Positions 1-5,605 of a DNA stretch of 6,072 nt are shown here, piece after piece. The notes under the pieces are model-generated. The model did no database searches and was not told where the DNA came from. It was given only the letters and a program-made list of their open reading frames with translations. The stretch lies in IMG/VR virus record IMGVR_UViG_3300022758_000043, positions 1 through 6,072 of that record, one strand, 5' to 3'. The first letter of the stretch is position 1. Every line of letters starts with the position of its first letter. Made by a program: the position numbers and the translations under genes. Origin of the DNA: a virus.

Positions 1-92
1 GCTATTTTGTAAGTGTTCCTACCTGGGATTTCTCTTACGATGATATTTCCCGTATTGTTAACGTAAATTGCTGTAAATTTTGTTGCTGCCAT
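1..92 (-). CDS. Redundant copy of the 5' end of the 143-aa ORF (same sequence as 5946..6037), truncated by the window edge
   Basis: The ATG is the reverse complement of CAT at 90..92, which corresponds to 6035..6037. It lies inside the 127-nt overlap and is not a separate gene. Confidence 0.9.
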   Translation of the reverse strand, partial: MAATKFTAIYVNNTGNIIVREIPGRNTYKI

Positions 93-113
93 AGTTTAAA
101 AATGTTTTTTAGT

Positions 114-127
114 TGTTATTAATATCA
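114..127 (-). promoter_or_regulatory. Candidate viral-strand replication origin core (phiX174-like Rep nick site); duplicate copy at 6059..6072
   Basis: The minus strand reads AAAAA-TGATATTAATAACA-ACTAAAAAAC. As I recall it, the phiX174 30-nt origin is CAACTTG/ATATTAATAACACTATAGACCAC, which gives 14 contiguous identical bases spanning the G/A cleavage position. The motif is on the coding-sense strand, as in phiX174, in an intergenic region 22 nt upstream of the 143-aa ORF. Confidence 0.5.
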
Positions 128-250
128 TTTTTTTTAATCTGTTGTTTTCGCATCTGAAATAATCTTCTGTTATTCCGTTGCATCTCCTTAGTTTCATTGT
201 CCAGGTACGTCCTTTGTCTACTTTTGTTTTTACTAGTATCATAGTCTTTC

Positions 251-304
251 TTTTTTTTGATTACGTTGCAAATATCCTTGTTTTTTTTGATTTTGCAAAA
301 TATT
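251..304. repeat. Imperfect tandem duplication of a T8-GATT-TTGCAAA-(A)TAT unit in the AT-rich spacer
   Basis: TTTTTTTTGATT is exact at 251..262 and 281..292, 30 nt apart. Each copy is followed by the palindromic hexamer-containing TTGCAAA (266..272 and 293..299). Further T8 runs lie at 128..135 and 343..350. Confidence 0.8.
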
Positions 305-351
305 CTATTGTTTGTTTGAAGCTTTTGTTATTTATTAACTTATTTTTTTTC

Positions 352-630
352 TGTAAGCATGCGCGGCGTTTGAGCGCCGATAGAGCAATAGAGAGCGCGT
401 AGCTCTCCTTAGCGTCTAGCACCTTAGTACCGGCGGAGCCGCACACCACGACCTTCGGTCGGGTGCACGTCACTCCTTATCCTGGTCTTAAGGCAGCTGT
501 CTCTTGGATAAAGGCGTACCTCACCCTCCCGTTATACACCGGAGCCCCCCGGCGTTTGAGGTGGTAAATATAGATCCGTGTGATGTTAACACGGAACCTC
601 GTTGGACGTGCCCGTGCGCAGCCCCTTACA
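352..630. other. GC-rich, highly self-complementary noncoding island; candidate structured ncRNA or ssDNA complementary-strand origin/priming signal, unclassified
   Basis: I counted 156 G+C in 361..625 (265 nt, ~59%), against 20/60 in 5401..5460 and 14/60 in 241..300. The only long ORF touching it is the composition-chimeric 261..473 one. An interrupted inverted repeat closes the island: 352..357 TGTAAG with 625..630 CTTACA, and 360..364 TGCGC with 616..620 GCGCA. Local hairpins are 364-368/375-379, 391-396/402-407, 444-453/457-465 (A448 bulged), 475-479/489-493 and 575-581/589-595. Confidence 0.6.
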
Positions 631-1252
631 TATGGATTTGATTGAAATATAGATTGGCGAATGAGTCGATGTCGTTATTGAATTGGTTTTCACTTCTTTT
701 TTCTTTTTTCTTTAGTTTCTCGGCGACTTTAGTCGCTTTAGTTTCCACCCACTGGTGTTGTTTTTTGATTCTGTTTAGATATTTCCTTTCATCCCAATCT
801 TTTGGATTATCGTGATATAGTCTTTCGCACCGTTCTCGTTCTTGTACAAGTACGGTCAGGTAGTGTTGTTGGTCGTTTTTCATGTCTAGTTTGTTTCCTA
901 GTACATATACTATTCCTTTTTCGATTTTGTCCAGGAATAGTTTTTCACGTTCTTCTTCTGTAAATATTTTGTTTCTGTAATAGATAGGTAGATTGAGTTT
1001 TCCTCCGTTTCTCATTCGGTATGACTCATTTGTTTTGCCTGGTATGTATACATGTCTTTTGGCGTCCTCTCGTTTGAGGTATCCTGAACCTATTCCTGCC
1101 GAACATAGCACTTTTCCTCTGAATTTCGGGTGTTTTTCGTCTACCTTTAACATGTATTTTGTGATGTAGTTGATAGTTTTTTCATTTACAAAGTATCCGG
1201 TGAATGTGATTCCGTATTTCCAGTTGTTCGTTACTTTTTCTCCATTTCCCAA
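626..1252 (-). CDS. VP4: Replication initiation protein VP4 (HUH rolling-circle endonuclease), C-terminal segment; frame is open upstream to 1300
   Basis: My translation of this frame upstream of the tracked TTG start gives DTKKTERLHLHGIVWGLGNGEK. This carries the HUH motif H-L-H at 1268..1276. The Tyr motif is NYITKYMLK. The segment has no plausible start of its own and continues the upstream ORF after a +1 shift. Confidence 0.88.
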   Translation of the reverse strand: MGNGEKVTNNWKYGITFTGYFVNEKTINYITKYMLKVDEKHPKFRGKVLCSAGIGSGYLKREDAKRHVYIPGKTNESYRMRNGGKLNLPIYYRNKIFTEEEREKLFLDKIEKGIVYVLGNKLDMKNDQQHYLTVLVQERERCERLYHDNPKDWDERKYLNRIKKQHQWVETKATKVAEKLKKKEKRSENQFNNDIDSFANLYFNQIHM

Positions 1253-1664
1253 GCCCCATACTATCCCGTGTAGGTGTAATCTTTCTGTTTTTTTCGTGTC
1301 CTAGTTCTGTAATGAACCAGTGTTTTACAGATTTTCCGGTTTGTTTTCTTACTCTTTCTAGACATAGCCTTATGGCTTTTGTTGCAATATCGTTGTTATC
1401 TTTTAACTTGTATTTTTTCTTCAATTCTTTGTAGGATTTGTCATCGATTGTCAGTGTCAGAAAGTAGGCGTTTGGTGTTTGTCTGTTTTCCTCTGACATT
1501 CTTACTACCCATTGTCTTTGCTTTTGTTTTCTGCATTCATAACAGTCCCCGCATGCTGCCGTTACATAACGCAACCTTTCGTCAGGGCAAACAGGCGGTA
1601 CCCCACCATTTTTCTTTGTTGGTAGGTACCGCCTGTTTGGTATGAGTTTCGGATATAGACACAT
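1182..1664 (-). CDS. VP4: Replication initiation protein VP4, N-terminal segment (Cys-rich region and motif I), leaving the homologous frame at the A7 run 1288..1294
   Basis: MCLYPK...CPDERLRYVTAACGDCYECRKQKQRQW...FLTLT...KHWFITELGHEK is a typical microvirus VP4 N-terminus. The ATG at 1664 lies 1 nt after the VP2 stop. After the A7 run the frame reads unconserved sequence until the stop at 1182. Confidence 0.88.
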   Translation of the reverse strand: MCLYPKLIPNRRYLPTKKNGGVPPVCPDERLRYVTAACGDCYECRKQKQRQWVVRMSEENRQTPNAYFLTLTIDDKSYKELKKKYKLKDNNDIATKAIRLCLERVRKQTGKSVKHWFITELGHEKNRKITPTRDSMGLGKWRKSNEQLEIRNHIHRILCK

Positions 1665-1665
1665 A

Positions 1666-2703
1666 TTATTGAAATCCTGTTTTACCCACTTTTGTTCCCA
1701 GTGCCATTCCCGCGCCTTTCGATGCGATTTCTAGCATTCCGAGTACAATTTCTTTGACGAGCTTTTGCTCTTCAATATCTAGACCTTTTTTGCCCAAGTC
1801 GTATCTATTGAATACATCTTGTACATAGGTTTCCACTTGTTGTTTTTGGATGATTAATGCCTTTCCTTTTTTGGTCAGGTCTTCCCATCCTTGTAGAATT
1901 TCCGCAGGAATAGCCTTTGCTTGCTCTTCATTGACTTTTTTCTGGCTTCCCTTGAGTAGTATTTCAGTCATCAGATTTTGAAGTGTCAGAGAGGATTCTT
2001 TCACTTTGTTGCCAATTGTCCTTTCTTTTAACTCGTTGTCGAGTTTCATTCCGTTGATTTCTTCAATTAGTTTATCAATTCCTTTTTGTAGGCTTTTGAT
2101 ATTCCAGCGTGTTTCATCGGCTTTGTCTTTTGTCCAATCGGCCATGTTTCGTTTAAGTTCCTCTTCTGCATCCGCTACTCTGATTTGTCCTAAGATGAGC
2201 CCTTTCTTCACTTTTTCATTTGAGGTTTGTGCTATTAGGTTGTCAATTGTGGCTTTTTGTGCTTCTGTGTCTACTCCGCTTATTTTGTTGGCTTCGGCTT
2301 CGTTTTTGTTAGCCTGGCTTTCGTTTAGTTTGATTTGACTCATCGCGTTTGCCATATTTATACCGATTTCCTGTGCTCTTAGTCCCATTCCTACGGATTG
2401 GTCTTGAGGTAATCCTACTCCGCTTGCGGCTCCGGCTCCCTGGCTTGAGCCTCCTGCACCGCCCATTCCATAAATTAAGCCTGGACTTAATCCTGATGCC
2501 TTTATGTGTTTCATTTGGTTTTCGAAGTTGGTATAATTCCACATGTCTTTTGCTTGCCCTGTATTGAATTTGGCGTTTTGTCTGTTCAGTTGGGCTTGTA
2601 TATCCATTAATCGTACCTGATTTTCCCAGGATTGTTTGCTTGCGCTGTTAGCATTGATTGCTCCCATTGCAGCTCCTCCGATTCCCATTATTGTCCCTAT
2701 CAT
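1666..2703 (-). CDS. VP2: Minor capsid / DNA pilot protein VP2 (phiX174 H-like)
   Basis: 345 aa with a Gly/Ala-rich N-terminus (MGIGGAAMGA, GMGGAGGSSQGAGAASG). A long charged, coiled-coil-like region follows. It sits immediately upstream of VP4. ATG at 2703, TAA at 1666..1668. Confidence 0.85.
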   Translation of the reverse strand: MIGTIMGIGGAAMGAINANSASKQSWENQVRLMDIQAQLNRQNAKFNTGQAKDMWNYTNFENQMKHIKASGLSPGLIYGMGGAGGSSQGAGAASGVGLPQDQSVGMGLRAQEIGINMANAMSQIKLNESQANKNEAEANKISGVDTEAQKATIDNLIAQTSNEKVKKGLILGQIRVADAEEELKRNMADWTKDKADETRWNIKSLQKGIDKLIEEINGMKLDNELKERTIGNKVKESSLTLQNLMTEILLKGSQKKVNEEQAKAIPAEILQGWEDLTKKGKALIIQKQQVETYVQDVFNRYDLGKKGLDIEEQKLVKEIVLGMLEIASKGAGMALGTKVGKTGFQ

Positions 2704-2763
2704 AATTATTTACATTTTTCGCATCTTTTTCTAAAAGAGCTATTCATATTACTCGATAATAAA

Positions 2764-2837
2764 TTGTAGGCGCGTACTTTCGTGTATTGTCCGGTAATTA
2801 AACCGGACATATACTCCGAAGTGCTTGTTGCCTACAA
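2764..2837. other. Imperfect 74-nt rod-like stem-loop in the intergenic spacer upstream of VP2
   Basis: An 8-bp closing stem pairs TTGTAGGC 2764..2771 with GCCTACAA 2830..2837. An inner stem pairs TTCG 2779..2782 with CGAA 2817..2820. The apical hairpin pairs TGTCCGG 2788..2794 with CCGGACA 2803..2809 around an 8-nt loop. Confidence 0.6.
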
Positions 2838-2840
2838 GGC

Positions 2841-2860
2841 TTTGAAGATACCTCTTCAAA
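2841..2860 (-). terminator. Perfect 8-bp hairpin 4 nt downstream of the 105-aa ORF stop; possible terminator or processing signal, but with no U-tract
   Basis: TTTGAAGA-TACC-TCTTCAAA at 2841..2860. On the coding strand it is followed by GCCTTG rather than a T run, so it is not a canonical intrinsic terminator. Confidence 0.3.
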
Positions 2861-2864
2861 CAGT

Positions 2865-3182
2865 TTAGTTTTCACTAGGTGAACCTCCTTGTGTTTTATC
2901 AGGTACATTCCCGAAATCTTCCGGTTTTGGTGTCGTTTCTTTCTTGGCTGCGCTTTTTGAGATTTTATCGTAAGCGTCCATTGCTATATCGAATCTGTCT
3001 GTCCTGATATTGTATGCAGGTAGTACACCGTCTTCTTTTGCTGTATAGATAATTGGTGCCGTATCTGTGATTGGCTCATTGTTTTGTAGAACTCTTGCGC
3101 ATTTTGTTTCAATACTTTCACCTTCGTAGATTTCGATTGATTTTAGTCTATTGTTGTTTTTTGATGGTTTTGAGTATTTCAT
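2865..3182 (-). CDS. Hypothetical 105-aa protein downstream of VP1; scaffold-like position, function not recognised
   Basis: The tracked ORF 2865..3221 begins with GTG inside the VP1 3' end. The first ATG (MKYSKPSKNN...) is at 3182, 13 nt after the VP1 stop. The sequence is non-repetitive, with a plausible globular core (IYEGESIETK...PIIYTAKEDGVLPAYNIRTDRFDIAMDAYD) and a disordered tail. Confidence 0.7.
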   Translation of the reverse strand: MKYSKPSKNNNRLKSIEIYEGESIETKCARVLQNNEPITDTAPIIYTAKEDGVLPAYNIRTDRFDIAMDAYDKISKSAAKKETTPKPEDFGNVPDKTQGGSPSEN

Positions 3183-3195
3183 AATGTAATAAATT

Positions 3196-5124
3196 TTATA
3201 AGTTAGGAATTTGTTTTGCACTGATTAGACGTCTCACTTTGATGTCAAATTTTGTCTGTACCCAGAAATTCATGGCGTCCAGATTTGTATCTGCGAATAT
3301 GTAGTTGAATTTTACCGGGTCTATATAGGTTGTTAAATCCTCGATTTGTTTGTTTGAACTTATTGAGTAATTTCTATTTAACACCATAAACGCCTCGCTC
3401 ATTCCTGCTGCGAAGTTTCCGAATGTTCTGTTGACGTTCGTCATGTAGTTGATCCATGCGACTGTCTTTCCTGCCGCCGTCTTTTTTAAGTCCGGGTCTG
3501 CGTTATAGTAGTCAGTCCACCAGGCTCTTTCTCCGTTTAGTGAGTCCTGGTACCCGATTCCGTCTAGTGCCGGTTTGTGCCAGTCGTCCATAGTTTCCAG
3601 GTAAGTATCCCATGTGTTCCCTTGTGAATAGTCTATACGTGGAGTAATTGAGCATATGCATATAATATAACATGGTTCTGTTACTTTGATACGGATATGT
3701 CCTCCTTTTTGACGTCCTGTTGTCACACCTCGTCCGGCTAGTGTTCCTAGAGGTTCGTCTTGTGATGCGCTGTTGCTTACTACTTCCTGGAATACGATTT
3801 CCTGGCTTACACCTCCTTCGAACATTGGTGTTTCGCATCTTTCCATGTAGTTGCCGCCTGTATATACTGTTTCCAACCAATCTCTGTAAGTACCTGCACT
3901 TACTGCGATTCTGTTAAGGAAGTTGTATACTTTTTGTGACAAGTTTAAAGCGTCCATTGATAGTATACCGTTTGATACGTCTACCGCGCTGGCTTCGTTG
4001 ATTCCGTTTACTCCGTCTATCCATTCGGTATTAATCCAGTTTTGGTATAAGTCACTGTTGTATGTTTTTAGGCATAGTCCGTATTGCGTATTTGCTGAGT
4101 TTAGTCTATTGTTTGAATCTCTTTTTGTGAATTCTGTGAATGGTTCTACGCTGTTTGCGCCTGATAGGTCAAATGTTGTATCACCTGGTGTTAGTAGTAT
4201 TTTGTCTCTAATTTCATCTAGATTTTCTAGTGGTATTGTTTTTAATGATGTTCTTTTTGTTGAGTATACTGCCCTTATGTACCAGGTACTTCCGGCAGGT
4301 ATTAGATTTGTTGTTAGATTCCAATGGTTTGATACTTTTTCTATATCTCCTAGCTCTGACGCTTTCATTGTCACTGTTCGTGCGTTTAGTCCTTGCGCTA
4401 CGGAGAATTCTAGTTCATCTTCTGTTAGTGTTGTTGGTTTTATGGTTATTATTCCGCCCGAAGTAACTGCTCCTTGACTGTTTATTATGCTGTCAGGGTC
4501 TGTTATGTTTATGCCGTTTATTGTTACTGTTAGCGTTGGTGATGTTCCGATTATATAGAAGTTTTCTTCTTGTGTATTTGCGTAGAAATTTTTAAATATA
4601 TCGTAGTATGATAAGAGAGCTAGTCCGTTTTTATATACGTCTTTCTCTCCTGCTACGTTTGCGTTTGCGAACCCTCTTATACCTAAGTATGCTAGTAGGC
4701 AACTTGGGTTTACCTGTTTCCATTGGTCCTCTTCATTTGTTACGTTGTCGTATGCTTGATTTAATCTTGCTCTTAATTGAGGTAGTTTTACCTGTGCCAT
4801 ATTCAGCCCTATTTTTGTACGGTTGTTGTGTAACCAGCTGTTGTATAGGCGTACTGGTGCTGTATAGACGTGATGTTCTAGTTTGAATGAACCGAATAAC
4901 GGCCCTGTTGTTGGATGCGTGAGTACATTTGCGTCTATATCAATGTCGAACGTATCTCCTTTTTGTCCTACTATACAAAGGTTTGGAACTAGTGTTCCTG
5001 GACTTTGTGTGTTTCTTACAATTGTTGATAAGTCGTGAGTTGACATGTTATAGTTATGTAGACTCACTGCCATTTTGTTATTGTCTCCGATAGTATTTTT
5101 ACCGATATTTTTAGTTAGTCCCAT
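3196..5124 (-). CDS. VP1: Major capsid protein VP1 (phiX174 F-like)
   Basis: 642 aa. The N-terminal HDLS...GTLVP...GDTFDIDI...THPTTGPLFGS...APVRLYNSW pattern and the C-terminal FWVQTKFDIKVRR are typical of microvirus major capsid proteins. It is the largest ORF in the genome. The start could alternatively be the internal Met 17 codons downstream. Confidence 0.95.
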   Translation of the reverse strand: MGLTKNIGKNTIGDNNKMAVSLHNYNMSTHDLSTIVRNTQSPGTLVPNLCIVGQKGDTFDIDIDANVLTHPTTGPLFGSFKLEHHVYTAPVRLYNSWLHNNRTKIGLNMAQVKLPQLRARLNQAYDNVTNEEDQWKQVNPSCLLAYLGIRGFANANVAGEKDVYKNGLALLSYYDIFKNFYANTQEENFYIIGTSPTLTVTINGINITDPDSIINSQGAVTSGGIITIKPTTLTEDELEFSVAQGLNARTVTMKASELGDIEKVSNHWNLTTNLIPAGSTWYIRAVYSTKRTSLKTIPLENLDEIRDKILLTPGDTTFDLSGANSVEPFTEFTKRDSNNRLNSANTQYGLCLKTYNSDLYQNWINTEWIDGVNGINEASAVDVSNGILSMDALNLSQKVYNFLNRIAVSAGTYRDWLETVYTGGNYMERCETPMFEGGVSQEIVFQEVVSNSASQDEPLGTLAGRGVTTGRQKGGHIRIKVTEPCYIICICSITPRIDYSQGNTWDTYLETMDDWHKPALDGIGYQDSLNGERAWWTDYYNADPDLKKTAAGKTVAWINYMTNVNRTFGNFAAGMSEAFMVLNRNYSISSNKQIEDLTTYIDPVKFNYIFADTNLDAMNFWVQTKFDIKVRRLISAKQIPNL

Positions 5125-5127
5125 AAT

Positions 5128-5394
5128 TTAGCCCTTCTTTTCGTTAGTGTTTTTTACTTTTTTTTCGATTCGTTTGAGTTTTTTCTCGTATTCGTCTGCT
5201 TCTTTACATGCATATATCATTGCTGCGACTAGATTCCAGTCTACAGAGTTGATTCTTTCTTCTGCTGCTTCACGCGTTGGAAACTTTTCTGTTGTTGCTA
5301 AATGTTTTCCAATTACGATCATGTACTCCTTTCCTTCTTGTGTTGTTGGTAATATTTTGAATACATCTTTTAAGTCGTTAAATTCTCTTTTCAT
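5128..5394 (-). CDS. Hypothetical 88-aa protein with a Lys/Glu-rich C-terminus
   Basis: ATG start. The stop lies 3 nt before the VP1 start and the start lies 2 nt after the 68-aa ORF's stop codon, so packing is tight on the coding strand. The composition looks like real protein. No family recognised. Confidence 0.65.
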   Translation of the reverse strand: MKREFNDLKDVFKILPTTQEGKEYMIVIGKHLATTEKFPTREAAEERINSVDWNLVAAMIYACKEADEYEKKLKRIEKKVKNTNEKKG

Positions 5395-5396
5395 TT

Positions 5397-5603
5397 TTAA
5401 TAGTTTTTAGGATTAATATTAATGTGTGTACTGTCAACGCTTGACGTTGTTGTTTGTTCGGTCTTTTGCGTTGAGTTTTGATTGTTTTTGCTTACGCTTA
5501 GGCTCATTGTACACGACTGTACACATAAGGTCGTGATTATAGCAATGATGGCTGTACTGATAGCTCGAATAATTTCTACCCATTGGTTTCCGGTTATTTT
5601 CAT
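5397..5603 (-). CDS. Small (68 aa) N-terminally membrane-anchored protein with a Ser/Thr/Asn/Gln-rich tail; candidate lysis or membrane-acting protein
   Basis: MKITGNQ is followed by the hydrophobic stretch WVEIIRAISTAIIAIITTLCV and then QSCTMSLSVSKNNQNSTQKTEQTTTSS. VQSC is at best a weak lipobox. The ORF is tightly packed between its neighbours. Confidence 0.6.
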   Translation of the reverse strand: MKITGNQWVEIIRAISTAIIAIITTLCVQSCTMSLSVSKNNQNSTQKTEQTTTSSVDSTHININPKNY

Positions 5604-5605
5604 GT

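Larger units (their letters stand above)
1..127. repeat. Terminal direct repeat, identical to 5946..6072; circularisation overlap of a 5945-nt genome
   Basis: Base-by-base comparison shows 1..127 equals 5946..6072 and the match ends at the window end. An overlap of 127 nt matches a common maximum assembler k-mer. Confidence 0.97.

Noticed and set aside
1-127. The terminal repeat as a biological terminal redundancy or duplication
   Set aside because: The identity is exact, runs precisely to the contig ends and has the length of a standard assembler k-mer, and microviruses have circular genomes. An assembly overlap is the simplest explanation.
178-402. Plus-strand 74-aa ORF (MHLLSFIVQVRPLSTFVF...)
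   Set aside because: It is Phe/Leu/Val-rich low-complexity sequence produced by the T-rich noncoding spacer, and it runs into the GC island. There is no start context and no gene-like composition.
424-468. 14-codon mini-ORF (GTG...TAA) 4 nt downstream of a TAAGGAG on the coding strand
   Set aside because: It lies entirely within hairpin 444-465, has no recognisable leader-peptide logic, and the genome otherwise shows no use of SD motifs.
261-473. Minus-strand 70-aa ORF spanning the GC island and the AT spacer
   Set aside because: Its GTG start abuts TAAGGAG with no spacer. The N-terminal half reflects GC-rich hairpin sequence and the C-terminal half is a Lys/Asn run from A-tracts. The chimeric composition argues for a chance ORF.
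519-552. G-quadruplex on the packaged strand (GGGGGG...GGGAGGGTGAGG)
   Set aside because: There are only three clear G3 tracts plus GG runs, with a 14-nt loop. The canonical four-tract motif is not met.
575-595. Hairpin with a 7-nt loop considered as a tRNA anticodon arm; wider tRNA or tmRNA search across the island
   Set aside because: There is no U33-like position in either orientation. I found no T-loop (GTTCGA-type) motif, no acceptor-stem pairing and no cloverleaf spacing.
583-620. dif/XerCD-like integration site (GATGTTAAC and GTGCGCA resemble the two E. coli dif arms)
   Set aside because: The arms are in the wrong order and about 24 nt apart, instead of flanking a 6-nt central region.
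357-620. Apparent enrichment of 6-bp palindromes in the island (GCATGC, GTGCAC, CTTAAG, CAGCTG, GTTAAC, TGCGCA)
   Set aside because: About four palindromic hexamers are expected by chance in 270 nt, so six is not a meaningful excess.
352-630. Small self-cleaving ribozyme (hammerhead, twister, HDV-like) in the GC island
   Set aside because: Neither strand has a CUGAUGA...GAAA core, and I found no match to the twister conserved segments I recall. HDV-like nested pseudoknots cannot be judged by eye. The question is left to a covariance-model search rather than claimed.
2309-2542. Same-strand overprinted 77-aa basic ORF inside the Gly-rich part of VP2
   Set aside because: It has a GTG start. 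Its Arg/Lys/Ser richness is the expected product of reading a shifted frame across the GC-richer Gly/Ala-coding segment of VP2. I have no independent support for it.
3512-3880. Same-strand overprinted 122-aa Arg-rich ORF inside VP1, as a possible J/VP8-like basic DNA-binding protein
   Set aside because: It starts with TTG and its first ATG is 14 codons further in. Arg/Lys/Thr/Asn richness is what a shifted frame of purine-rich coding sequence gives. It is only worth revisiting if synonymous-site conservation in VP1 is found across relatives.
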